A stretch of DNA of 53,454 nucleotides, filler included, from Jimgerdemannia flammicorona (lineage: Eukaryota): the NCBI GenBank assembly GCA_003990765.1. It is 3 parts of 3 records of this genome, joined end to end, with 100 filler letters (N's around TTAATTAATTAA, not from the genome) between each part and the next. Parts side by side here need not be neighbours in the genome. Positions count along the whole stretch, not along the records: positions 1 to 17,753 come from RBNJ01002422.1; positions 17,854 to 35,604 come from RBNJ01002423.1; 1 more part is not named here. One strand, written 5' to 3'. Below, one piece after another: positions 10,661 to 23,512 of the stretch. Position numbers and translations under genes: made by a program. The notes under the pieces were generated by a model that was not told where the DNA came from, made no database searches, and worked only from the letters and a program-made list of their open reading frames with translations. Position 1 is the first letter of the stretch. The number at the start of each line of letters is the position of its first letter.

Positions 10661-13600
10661 ATTGATCCTAATTGGGGGTGGTGGTGGAACTGTACGCTTG
10701 GGGAATGGGTTCTCATGGTAGTCCACCAATTGGCTGATATGGAATACTGGGTGTACTTGGATATTGTGGGGAAGTTGCAACTTGTAGTTCACTTTGCTGA
10801 TTTTTTCCATAATCTTGTATGGTCTAATTCTTCTAGCACAGAGTTTCTTGGTTAGTTGTTGTGCCAGGGTGTCTGGGTGGAGGTGGTCTGTTCTAAGCAT
10901 GACCTTGTCACTAATATTGTAGGAGGCTTCTCTTCACTTAAAGTTCACGTACTTGGTCTGGTAGTCTTGTGCTTCTATGAGAGCATCTCTTGTCATTCGG
11001 GTAAGGTCAGAAATGGTCTCGGCCAGATCTTGGGCTGCTGGGACTGCTGATTTCGCAGTAGTACTTGGGGTCCTTGAGTGTTGACCATAGTTCAGGAAGA
11101 ATGGAGTCTTCTTTGTGGAGGTTTGCTGACTGTTGTTATAGGCAAACTCAGCATGAGCTAGGTACTTGTTCCAATCATTTTGCTTGTAACAGCAGAAGAT
11201 GCTAAGTATCTGTTTGAGAGTCCTGTTTGTTCGCTTGGTTTGACCGTCAGTCTGAGGGTGGTAGGGAGTAGAGAACTTTAGCTTGGTTCTATAGAGGGAG
11301 AAAAATGCCTTCTAGAAGTTACTTGTGAACTTGGCATCTCGGTCAGATACAATAGTGCTAGGCATACCATGTAGCCTGATTACTTGATTGAGGAAAATCT
11401 CGGCAATCTCTGGTGCTGTAGTAGTAGTCTTAGTGGGTACAAAATGGGCTTGTTTACTTAGGTGGTCTACAAATACCATGATGGCATCCCATCCTGCCTT
11501 GGTCTTGGGGAGTTGGACAATGAAGTCTATTGCAATCTGGTCCCAATTGTGACTCAGAATAGGCAGGATTGCAGGAGTCCTGCTGGTAGCTTGTTACCAC
11601 TTTTGAACCTTTGGCACATCTCACATGAGGCTACAAAGTCTTTGATATCCTTGGTCATCTTTGGCCAGTAGAACTCTCTTGAGAGGAGGTTGTAGGTCTT
11701 TTCAAAACCAAAGTGTCCTGCTGCAGAAGTATCATGGAGTTCTTGCATGATCTTGAGTCGCAGAGTATCATTGTTGGGTACAACCACTCTGTCATAATCT
11801 CTGTAGATAAGTCCATCATGGTAGATAAATCTCTTGGCCATTTGCCTCATGGGTTCTGAAACCTCGGCCTCTGGGTCTTGGCAGGATTGAAGGAAATTCA
11901 TCAGAGGACTGTCTTGCTAGTAGCCATCCTTGATCATTTGGGTAAGGTCTCCAATTACTTCGACTATGAAGACAAGGTCATCTTCTATGTATCTAGAGAA
12001 ATCATCAGCCACATGGTTGGTTTTTCCTGGGATATACTTGATTTCCATATCAAAGTTGGCAATGATTTTCATCCAGTGGGCTTGTCTGTGGGTCAGCATA
12101 AGCTGTGTGTGAATATACTGTAGTGCATGGTGATCAGTGTAGGCTACAAATGGCTGTCCTAGGAGGAAATGGTGCCATTCCTGGAGTGCAGTGACAATAG
12201 TCAGAAGTTCCTTCTTATGGGTAGTATACCGGATCTCAGCTGGCTTGAGCTTTTGGGAGAGGTAGGCTACTGAGCAGTCTTCTTGACTGAGTACTGCTCC
12301 AATATCAATATCAGAGGCATCTGTGGTCAGAGGGAATAGTCTGATAGGGTCAGGTGCAAGTAGCACTGGGGCCTCGGTAAGGAGTCTCTTGAGGTGGTCC
12401 ATAGCCAGTGTGTATTTGGGGGTCCATTCAGCTTTGATGTTCACTCCTTTGCAGGCCAGACTGGTTAATGGAGCTGCAATAGCAGAGTATCCTTAGATAA
12501 ACCTTCGGTAATAACTGGCAATACCCAGAAAGCACTGGAGTAGCTTGAGGGTAGTAGGGATAGAGATATCCTTAAGGGCTGATACCATTCAGGGGTCCAT
12601 ATTGATACCTTCAGCAGAGATGATGTGCCCTAGATATTCAATCTGGTCTTGGTAGAACTTGCATTTGCTCATCTTCGCATAGAGCTAGTGTTCTCACAAG
12701 AGGGTCAGTACTTGTCTGAGATGGGTGTAGTGTAGCTCTACTGTCTCACTGTAGATTAGTATATCATCAATATACACAAGGATACAGATGTTGAGGAGTG
12801 GTCCAAAGATGTCATTCATCAGATACTGGAATGTTGCTGGTGTATTGGTCAATCCAAATGGCATGACTCAGAACTGGTAGTGTCCAAACCGTGTTCAGAA
12901 AGCTATCTTCTCAATGTCCTTCTCATCAATGAGAATCTGGTGGTAGCCATTTCACAAATCCAGTAAAGAAAAGGTCTTGGCCTTGAAGATTTGGTATAGC
13001 AACTCATCAATCCTGGGCAAGGCATACTGATTCTTGATAGTAATCTTATTGAGGGCTCTGTAGTCAATACACATTTGCAGAGAGCCATCCTTCTTCTTGA
13101 CAAATAGAATGGGGGCTCCAAATGGAGAGCAGCTGGGTTCAATGTATCCTTGGACCAGTAGTTTGGTCAATTCATCCTTGAGGGTCTTGAGCTCAGGTTG
13201 AGCTAGTTGATAGATACTCTTGTATGGGGGTTCGGATCCTGGAATAAGATCAATTCTATATTGGATTTGGTGCTTGGGTGGGAGTCCTTGAGAATCTTGG
13301 AATACATCTTAGAATTCTTCAAATAGTTCTTGAGCTTCTGTTGGAATTGGACTACTTGTAGCTTCAGTGACTTCTTATACTATACAGATGAAGTAGGTGT
13401 TTCCCTTTTTTCAAGATAGTCTCTTCATTTGAATGACAGAGATGATTTCGATTCCTTAGTAGTTGGTACCTTCCTGGGGTGTCAGGGTGATCTTTCTGCC
13501 TTCATGGGTCAGGTTAACCTCATTGGTTCTCCAGTTGATGTCTGGGTTATGCTGGGTTAACCAGGCTTTTCCTAAGATAATGTCTTGTCTGGGGAGGTCT

Positions 13601-14163
13601 ACAATGCTGAAGTCCAACTTCTCTTGATATTTGCCAATCTTAAGCAAAAGGTCTTCACAGATCTTAGTCAATGGTGCAGTCTTTCCATCACCAAAGGTAA
13701 CACATATTTTCTCAGTAGTTGGTCTGCTTCAGGCTCCAATCCTCTTGGCAGTCTTGGTGCTGATATAGTTTCCAGTAGCACCACTATCAAGCAAGACATT
13801 GACATTTTGTCTGTGGACTTGGCCTGTGAACTTGATACAACTATCCTCCTTCTTGATGGTATTGAGCTCTTTATCCTCGTTGTGGTCCCAATTGCTGTCA
13901 GTCTCCTTGAAGTCAGTTTCTCTCCATCCTTCATAAGGAGGGTTGTCTTGTTTGGGTTCCTCAGTCTGTTGAGCTTGGTGCTTCTTGGATTGAATTTTGA
14001 AAACTTTGGAGAGGCATGCATGGCATTCACCAACATGTTCCATGCAGTACATTCAAATAGAATGAGGGCATTGTCCATATGATGCATAACCATCTGCAAT
14101 TCTCTTGTACTAGTTTTCATCATCTTCCTTCATGGTAGTGACCTTTTGACTGGGAGGTTTGTT

Positions 14164-14575
14164 GGTAGATCCAAACTCTTTCTTGCCATGATCTGTCTGG
14201 GAGAGTTCAGGGACTTCTTCAATGGTAAGATCTTGATGGATTTCTTCAATGATTGCTTGGGCAATTCTTTGGCCTACTTTGACTTCAAATGATGTGTCTC
14301 CAAAATTTCACAAGATGACATGGATTTCACCAGTAAATCCTTGGTCAACTACTCCTCCTTCTAGCCCAATGTTGAACTCTTTAGCTAGGCTGCTTTGCTC
14401 AGCAAGGCAGATATATGTACCTTTGGGGGCTTGTATTGTAATTTCTGTTTGCACTGTAGCATTGGTACTTGGTGGGATGGTGAGGTCTTGGCTGCTGTAG
14501 AGGTCATATCCAGCATCAGTTGGGTGGGCCTTAGTGGGGATGGTAGCCTTGTACCATATCTTCTGTACTTTGATG
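14164..14575 (-). other. dUTPase domain between Gag and protease (family B)
   Basis: IPTKAHPTDAGYDL..QSSLAK..GGVVDQGFTGEIHVIL*..GQRIAQ..HGKKEFGST. Confidence 0.9.
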
Positions 14576-16505
14576 ACATTCTCAGGGTTCTTCTTTCCTG
14601 GGCCTTCTCCAATGACAGTAATGTTCTGGTTACCAGGTTCACTTGCTCTATTCTTCTTCTCAGGGCATCTGAATGAGATGTGTCCTGCCTTCTTACAGAT
14701 AAAGCACAATCTCTTTTCCCAGAGCTGCCTCTTTTCATCCTCAGTGGGAGGTCTGGATCCCCTGGAGTTTCGCTGGTTCCTTTGATCATTGTGTAGATCA
14801 TATCTTTGATCATTTCTCCTGGTGGGGTTTCTCCTATCTTGATTATCCTTCTTGTGTTCTTGGTTTCGTGGAGCTTGTGCAGCAAAGATTTCATGAGCTC
14901 TTCTTTGTACTTGGGCAAAGTACCATGAGTAGTGGGGACATCCTTGGGGAAGACCTTGTTCCTTGATCTTCTTGGTGAGCCAGTCTGGTAGAGCTGCAAA
15001 GAGATGGTTGGCTCTGGTACCATTGATGGCCAAATTGTTTTCCTGATAGGTAAGTCCCACAGTTTTGAGATAGGCATCCATTCTGGTGGTAAAGGTCTCT
15101 AGATCCTCTTTGCCATTCTTGTGGAACTTTATCTGGGACAGTTTGTTCCATGTTTCTTGTATGTAGACTGCATTTCGGAATTTGGTCAGTAGCAAGGCCT
15201 TGAGTCCTGGGCCTGCTTTGTAGTCATCCCAACCTGGTCTATTATTGCCAGGTACTTGTCCATTGACTTGAGGGCAGGCTTCCCAGGTTACTGGGTGTTG
15301 TCCCAAGATTCGCCAGAATTCGGCTGCTGTTCCAGTAAAGAATGTGGCTACTGTTTCTACTTGTGCTGCTGATGTGGCAAACAGCTGTTGAAGGGTGCTG
15401 TTCTGGTTGTTGGTGAGCATTCCTATAGGTACTCAGTTGTCATTCCATTGGTTTGCTTGGTAGCCTGTGTCAACTACATTAATGAAGTTTTCAATATCAC
15501 TGTTTTTTCCACTGAATGTTGGGATTCACAAAGTCTTGGTTGGTTTGTTCTGTTCAGCAATCTGTCCTACTATCCCTGCTAGTGCTGCTAGCTGAGTGGT
15601 CAGTGCTGCAATATTGACATCTACTATTGTGCTGACTATTGGTGGTGGGCCTGTTGGGGTAGATTCTCCTGAAGATTGTTCTGCTTGATGGAGTTGTGGT
15701 GCTGTATGACTTGGAGTTACTTGGTTTCCAGATATTAAGTCAAAGAGTCCTGTGAGAGAGGGTAAACCAAACCTCTGTATAGGTGGCTGGATTGGTTCTG
15801 GGGTCTGATCTTCTTGACCTGTAGTTCCTTGGTAAATTCCTAGGCCTGCTGTTCCTTGTTGGCTATTGTCAGACTGGTAATGTGTAGAGTCTTTGTCTGA
15901 CTCCCTTCCCTGATGAGATAGTACATCCTTGTACTGACTAGGTCTTTCAAAGAGAATATCAGTCTCTGGCTGGGTTGATGGGCCTGCTCCTTGTTCAGCA
16001 GTAGGGGATGGATGGCCTGCTTGCTCATTCTCATACCTAGTTATGGCAGAGACATAGTATACAACTAGCCTGTAGTAGAGGGAGGTCTTGGTTGGTGTAT
16101 GATGATACCTGTCAGAGGCAATCCACTTGGCAGCTGCTTCTCTTGCAGCAGGGGGTGTAATATAATCTAAAAAATCCTGGGTGGCTACAGCAGTAGATTC
16201 TGGGGTCCTAGTGGTTCCAATGTGTCCTCGGAGGAGTTCGTAGAACCTATGGCAGCTAACAATATTCCTAAGTCCTGGGTGGTATGTCCTAAAGGCCTGG
16301 TATAGATCCTTGTAAGCCTGGTCAATTACAAGCTGGTGGGTTCTTGGGTCTGTGGTTTCCTGGTACCATCTGGTCCTAATGGCAAGAGCTTCTCTGGCTC
16401 TGGTTTGAGGATCCACAGTTATTTCTGGGGGTTACTCCTGTCCAAGGTTGGTCTTGTTCCAACTTCAGGAGTGTGTTCTTTGGTGCCTTCTTGGCTGGTA
16501 ATCTA

Positions 16506-16514
16506 CTGCTACCA
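16506..16514 (-). promoter_or_regulatory. PBS, compatible with initiator Met tRNA
   Basis: TGGTAGCAG 3 nt after the LTR CA; many eukaryotic tRNAiMet end in ..CUGCUACCA. Confidence 0.7.
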
Positions 16515-16517
16515 AGT

Positions 16518-17328
16518 TGTAATAACTCTCACTTCTACCCCTCTCTTATCCTTAGGATAATTAGGGAAGTGGACTATTACTTAGGGACTTAGTACACAAT
16601 GTGTACCAAGAAGCCTTCAGTTTGAGGAAGTGCTCACTTAAAGTAGTTGTAGTGGCAGTGCCTTATCTTTCAAAGGTCTTTCTCTGAGTTGTCTTCTGTT
16701 TCAAAGGTCTTTCTCTTGTGCCCTATTTTGAAGGTCTTGTTCTTTGGTATACACAGACTGAATTCGCCTTGGAATTCAGGTTCAATGGGTTTACTTAAGT
16801 CTTTGGAGATTTATATACCGGTCTCAGTTCTGGTAGAAGTTAGCTAGGCTTCTGGAGTTTAGTCAGAAATACTAGAGTCACTTAGATATCATTACTAAGA
16901 CTCAGGAAAATGTGTGTGTGGGGGGGACTTGATTCTTATATTAACGACTGAACTAAAACTGCTTTATTTCAGATGGAAAACTGGGGGGTATTTATACAAG
17001 TTGGTCCACGATTTCTGACTAAGTATGAGTGACTAATTTGGTAACTATAATGAGGTTTGTGATCACGACCTTTGTCAGGTGGTTTTTGGTAAAGAATATC
17101 TTTATGATCAGGACCTCAATTACTAGGCAATGATCAGCAGCTATGGCAACTGTTGCTGTGGTGCCAGTTGTCAGAGATAAGCTAAATATCATTTTCTGCG
17201 TCATTCATTTGTATCGTTTGTCACTCGTTATTCATATGCCATGCTTGATTGTATGATGACGTCATTGCCGGGTCATGTGATCATTCGTCTTGTCATGTCC
17301 CATCTGTTTGCTTGTTTGTTCTATTACC
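16518..17328 (-). repeat. family B 5' LTR
   Basis: Direct repeat of 8184-8984; outer ~130 bp visibly more diverged. Confidence 0.88.
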
Positions 17329-17753
17329 ATAATAACTATTATATAGTTCTGAAAGAGTTTTCTAGAAGTTCTGAATGTTCTGAAAGACTGTTTTCCACCT
17401 TTCTCCTATACAATTCATGTTATACCAACTTCAAGTAACAGTTTTTTGACACAACTTGGAGAAAAGGTATTATAAAAATATCATCAAGTAAGAGTTCTGA
17501 CAGGCATGCTGAGTCAGATGGACCTGGGGCTTTCAGCTGGCAGAATGTAGGGAGGGGTTATAGCCTGGAGATAGGGGTCTTTGGAGGGGTGAAGGGTGGC
17601 AAGATCTCTGGAGATAGATTGGTGTCTGGTGGCAATGGGAGAAGGCCTGGCCCCCCAAGCTTTGCAGATATAGTGAAGGAGAATGGGTGGCCAGCTGGAT
17701 CTAGGACTGGTACTGCTGAAGGGAAGGACAAGGCAAGTCTAGAGAGGGGGGGG

Positions 17754-17853
17754 NNNNNNNNNNNNNNNNNNNNNNNNNNNNNNNNNNNNNNNNNNNNTTA
17801 ATTAATTAANNNNNNNNNNNNNNNNNNNNNNNNNNNNNNNNNNNNNNNNNNNN
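17754..17853. other. assembly gap / contig linker
   Basis: 44 N + TTAATTAATTAA + 44 N. Confidence 0.97.
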
Positions 17854-20800
17854 CTCCATGGTTAAAACAAGAGAACCCCATGATCGATTGGGTAAACCAC
17901 TCTCTGACCATCAAGAAAGGATGCCACAACTTCAAACTACAAGGCAAAAAGGACCTACTCAACTCTAGTGACTCTGGACCAAAGATCACCCACATCAACA
18001 AGCTACAACTCAAGAAATTGGCCAAGAAATGCCCTCTCTTCGCCATCTCCATCCGACCATCCAAAGGAGAACCTGAGAACTCTGAAGAAGATTTTTCCAA
18101 AGTTGACAGCTGTGTCAGACCACTACTCCAGAAATTCTGAGACATATTTCCAAAGAAGCTCCCGAAAGGCCTACCACCCAAACGAGCAGTAGATCATGCC
18201 ATCAAGACTATCCCAGATGCCAAACCAGCCTTCAAGTCAATCTACCACATATCTCTGAGAGAAATTGATGCACTCAAGAAAGAAATCGATGAACTCCTAG
18301 AACAAGGATTCATCAGACCTAGCGTATCACCCTATGGTGCACCAGTTCTCTTTGTTGTCAAGAAAGGAGGAGACCTGCGAATGTACATTGACTACCGTGA
18401 TCTCAATGAGCAGACCATCAAGAACTATTGCCCACTACCAAGAATTGATGAAATATTCGATAGGCTCACCAACCCACAATTCATGAGCTCTTTTGACCTG
18501 CGAAATGGTTACTGGCAAATTGCCATGAAAGAAGAAGACATCTACAAGACAGCCTTCTGAACTTGCTATGGACACTTCGAGTTCCTGGTTATGCCCTTTG
18601 GCTTAACTAATGCTTCTGCAACATTCCAAACACTGATGAATACCATTCTGCATCCATACCTGGACAAATTCGTTGTTGTCTACATTGACGACATCCTAGT
18701 CTTCAGCAAAACCCTGGAGGAACATCTTGAACATCTTGAACTAGTACTACTGAAACTCCGAGAAAACAGACTCTTTGCAAAACTTAGCAAGTGTGAATTT
18801 CTTCTGAAAGAAATTCAATTCCTTGGATATATTGTCACTCTAAATAGAATCAAAGTGGACCCCAGCAAAATCTCTGCGATCAAAGATTGGCCTACACCCA
18901 AGAAGCTGAAAGACCTCCAGTCATTCCTGGGATTAGCAAACTATTACAGGCGATTTGTTGCCAACTTTGCTAAAATCGCTACTGCCCTCACTCAAATGAC
19001 CAAGCACAACAAGAAACAAGAACAACCCTGGACCATGAAACAAGAGAAAGACTTCAACAATCTTGTAAATTGGGGACCCAAACAAGATACTGCCTTTCAA
19101 GCACTGAAAGATGCCCTCATAACCACACCAGTACTTCAAGCGGCAAATCCTGCCCTACCATATGAAGTCACCACTGATGCCTCTGCCCTAGCTCTTGGAG
19201 CAGTGCTTATGCAAGAAGGACACCCTGTGGCCTATCACTCCCGCAAGTTCAATGATGCCGAAATCAACTACGCAACTCATGAAAAGAAAATGCTAGCCAT
19301 CGTAGACACTCTGATCAAATGGTGACTATACCTAGAAGGAGCACACTTTACTATATTAACTGACCACAAGTCACTAGTCAACATCAAGACGCAGGCTACC
19401 CTTTCTCAAAAGCAAGCCAGATGGATGAAAGTTCTTACCAACTTTGACTACGAAATCCAGTACTGCCCTGGCAAGGAAAATATTGTTGCTGATGCAATCT
19501 CCAGACCACCAATCGAAGAGGTTATCCAAACTCTGACCTTAGTTACCAACACTATCATGGAACAAATCATTGCAGCATGTGTTGATGATAAAGAAGCTCA
19601 AGCACTCCGAGAAATCCTGAACAATGATGACGCTGACAAGCATACCTGGTACAATCAATATCAACTCAAGGACAATGCGATCTACTACAAGGACAGACTA
19701 TATGTCCCAAACAACCGAGACCTCTGAAGGACTATCCTATTCGAATGTCATGATGCCCCTATAGCTGGACATTTAGGATTTGACAAATGCTATGAAGTTA
19801 TCTCCCGAAACTTCTATTGGCCCCGTATGGCAGATCAGCTCAAAACCTACATCACTTCCTGTGATGCCTGCCAATGAAACAAGTCCTCAACACTAGCAAA
19901 ACCCGGCTTACTCCACTCTATCCCAGTACCATCTACAAATTGGGAACAAATCTCTATGGACTTTATTGTACAACTACCCCAAACCAAGAACGGGAAAGAT
20001 GCAATTGTTGTCTTTGTGGACTATCTCAGCAAACAAGCCCACTTTGTGCCTACTATCACTACTGCAACAGTACCAGACATAGCCACACTCTTGTTTGACA
20101 ATATCTTCTGCTATCATGGTCTTCCTAAGATCATTATTAGTGACCGAGATCCAAAGTTCACTAGCCATTTTTGGAAAGCCCTCTATGCACACCTGGGAAC
20201 AAAACTTGCACTATCCACAGCCTTTCACCCAGAAACTGATGGCCAAACTGAAAGAATGAACCAAACTCTGGAACAAATGCTAAGGAACTATGTCTCCTAC
20301 AGACAAGATGATTGGCATGAACATCTCACCGCAGTCAAGTTTGCCTACAACAACAGCAAGCAAGCCTCTCTTGGAATGACCCCATTCTTCGCTAATACTG
20401 GACAAAACCCAAACACCTCTTTGACACTTATCCGAACCACTGAAGAACCCTCCACAGTCAAAGCAGTTGAAGAATTCCTACTCCGAATACACAATCTAAG
20501 CCAGATCGCAATCGAGAATTTATCACGAGCTCAAGAACAACAGTCACAGTATGTTAACCAACACTGCCGAGAAGAAACTTTTGATATTGGAGAAAAAGTT
20601 CTACTAGATATCAGAGGATATCAAGTCGACAACCTCAAGCACAGACCATCTACAAAGCTGAACAGCAAGTTCATTGGACCATTTGAAGTCATTGCACAAG
20701 TCTCTCCAACCTCCTACAAACTGGTGCTACCAGATACCATTAAGATTCACCCAGTCTTTAATGTTCAACGTCTCAAGTAATACAATGACAATGATGATGA

Positions 20801-21435
20801 GCTATTTCCAAATCGAACCACCAAACCACTTACACCTGTCATCATTAATGACCAAGAAGAATATGAAGTTGAACAAATCCTCAACAAACGTGGCAACAAG
20901 AACCATCCTGAGTACCTTGTCAAATGGAAAGGTTACCCGATCCACGATGCAACCTGGGAACCCAAGACCAATCTCCAGAATGCTACTGACCTAGTTCAGG
21001 AATATGATTCCTTGAACAACTAGAACCAAAAAACTCTACACCTATCTATATATACTATATATTACCCTCCTGAACATTATAGCTATCACGAACCAAGTCA
21101 AGAACTCAGCAAAACAAGACAAGAATACTGACCCTCTGAAAAAATAGCAAAACTGAAAGCAAGCCTATTCTCCCTATACCACTGGTAGGAAACAAGGCAT
21201 AGACATTTAAGAAGATTCCTTATAGGAAATTCTCCAGCAGTGAATAATGTCAGAATCACTTCCGGCATACGGCATTAAATACATGACCCTTTAATGTGTG
21301 AAACCAATGCGTTAGGCAACTGTACTACGAGCATGCCACTTTCTGAGAAAATGGACCTTACCAGACTTTTGACCTCCCAAATGGTGTAACAATACTAGAA
21401 CAAATTAGAAGGCCCCGACGAGGACGTCGAAAGCT

Positions 21436-21448
21436 AAGAAGGGGAGAG
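21436..21448 (+). promoter_or_regulatory. polypurine tract, family C
   Basis: AAGAAGGGGAGAG then T|TGTAAG; same at 34586-34598. Confidence 0.9.
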
Positions 21449-21449
21449 T

Positions 21450-23512
21450 TGTAAGCACACAACCTCCAAGCTACCGAAATTACACGTCACCCTCTAAACA
21501 AGCCACAGAAATACATGTGACCTCCGAATAAATCTGGAAATCACCTGCTTGATTACGAAGCTGAGTCAAACTGAAGTCACAGTGCACAAAGCTGAGTCAA
21601 TATGAAGTCACAGAACACAAGATCTACACAAACAGAACCTTACCAATCAGGACCAAATGCATATATACTGAGCACCAAGACGCGTTGAAATTAGAGAACC
21701 AAAACAAACAACAACTACAACTTCCAAACACACAAACATGACTACTGAGATCTACAACCATATCCGCGCTGACATTTGGAATGCCATTGTCAACCAAGCT
21801 ACACCCCCTCTGCCCCTCATGAATATCCATAGCCTGGCACCCCTCTACTTCGTGGAAGCCCAATGGAATGCCCTGAACATGCTTAGTGAGACCCACCAAA
21901 TTAGACAAATCTCAAGCTACTACCAGATTGGCCGCCTCCTAGAAGACATGGTCGAACACCACCATGATACAGACATTACCCAGATGTCTCAACACCAGAA
22001 GCTCATCGCCCACAAACATCGAGAACTCTTCTATAAGTACAACACCTTTATTCCCTGCCTCCGAGTCACTACCAGCGAAATGGTTGCTACCCTGTCCTAT
22101 GGCCAAATCAATGACATGATACAAGAACTCAACCACAAGTACCTCGAATACGTCCAGACTACAGACAGAACCTTCCCGCACCCTGATGACCATATCCTGC
22201 AAATGCCTCAAGTCAGATATGCTATGAAGGATGTCTACGATATAATCCACTTCGATGAAGATGAAGCAGAAGACAATGATCCCTCTGATGCTGACATGAC
22301 CTCAAGCCAAGGATCTCTGCCAACCCTGATCACTCCGCCAATCTTGCCAATGAACTTACAATAGTTCATAACTGCATATGAGACTTATTGGGACAATAAC
22401 CACTGGCATGAATACCAACTTGTGTTCACCCCCGATTATTTCAATTACAATGAAGAAACTGGAGAACACAACCTGTACCTCCAGACAACCCTAGAGATTG
22501 AACCAACAACCCCACTACCTGAGTATGAGCGACATGAACCACAGCCGCCAGCTTACTACAACCCTGTGACTCATAGTGCTATAACCTATAGAAGGTACGC
22601 AGACAGCGAATCCGATGAAAGCGAAGACAATACACCCATCCTTCGCTCACCAACACCTTATCCAGCATATGAAACAGACAATGCTATCCTATGGGATGGA
22701 GACAAAGTCTCGATATATTACTACCTCAGCCAATAAGGAGAAGTAATCCGCAAACCACTCTTCCTGGACGACTACTTCATCAGAGATGATGCAATCGATG
22801 GTGATGTCATTGAAGACTACCCAGATAGTGCCTAAACCTATAAATAGTCTAGCAGTCATAGTATAGATAGATTAGCATTGTACGACATGACTGTAAACTG
22901 ACTCAGCAGTCAGACGATCTCTTGACATATCAGAGCACACTTGTACTACGTGACTGCATTCTGACTCAGCAAGGCACTTAGTGCTACATCCATATTCAGC
23001 ATAGTCCAGATAGCCCCTCACTAGTATAAATACCCTCTCCCCCAGACCTCAGAATCTCAGACTTGAACAATCTGAACACAACTCCTAAGCACTTCCCCAC
23101 AATATCCCTTCACACAAATACTCCTAGTATAGCAATATCATGAATAGCAAATAAACCTATTCCATAACCCACAAACCACTCTTAAGTAAATCTACTCCCT
23201 GTTAGGTCCTACTCCTAACCCTGTCATGAAATTTCCTAATTGGGTATTGTCTGCAGCGATACACCAATTCAACTAAGCTGGTCTTAGTTTCTTGAACTTC
23301 CTGAAATATGGAAAATCCTGAACATCCAGAACTAGTCCAAAAAAGGACTTTGGTTGAGATGTCAACCCAATCTTGAAATCAATAAGCATAGAGGACATAC
23401 TCCATACGAAATTGATCTTGACCATAAGAAAACGGTCTTTCAGAACATCCAGAATATCCAGAAACCCTTCCAGAACTACGTAACGGTTATCCTAAAAAGC
23501 AACCCTCTTACA
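21450..23512 (+). repeat. family C 3' LTR
   Basis: TGTAAG...CTTACA inverted ends; matches 26011-28081 and 34600-35604; TATA AGTATAAATA ~23022. Confidence 0.95.
21738..22835 (+). pseudogene. LTR-encoded accessory protein, family C (365 codons; two stops)
   Basis: Same 1098-nt frame as 26305-27402. Stops at 22362 and 22734 are CAG/CAA in the other copy. Confidence 0.88.

Larger units (their letters stand above)
10448..16416 (-). pseudogene. gag-dUTPase-pol polyprotein of family B
   Basis: ORF fragments 15526-16416, 14308-15420, 13729-14052, 13456-13671, 12952-13170, 11917-12444, 11554-11901, 10448-10900, separated mainly by TGA/TAG/TAA from C-to-T or G-to-A changes. Confidence 0.9.
8184..17328 (-). 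mobile_element. Ty3/Gypsy chromovirus, family B, two LTRs, decayed
   Basis: LTR - PBS - gag(CCHC CFICKKAGHISFRC) - dUTPase - PR(LLDSGA) - RT(YIDD) - RNase H(TDAS) - IN(GHFG..CEMC; GQTKRTN) - chromodomain - accessory ORF - PPT - LTR. Confidence 0.95.
17854..23512 (+). mobile_element. Ty3/Gypsy chromovirus family C, copy 1 (3' part)
   Basis: RT (VYIDD), RNase H (TDAS), integrase ([15 protein letters not shown]), chromodomain ([20 protein letters not shown]) to stop 21023, PPT, 2063-bp LTR. Co-linear with 31007-35604. Confidence 0.95.

Noticed and set aside
17754..17853. TTAATTAATTAA palindrome inside N runs (also 35605-35704) and apparent linkage across them
   Set aside because: Artificial all-frame-stop linker. 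Piece lengths 17753/17751/17750 suggest size-sorted concatenated contigs.
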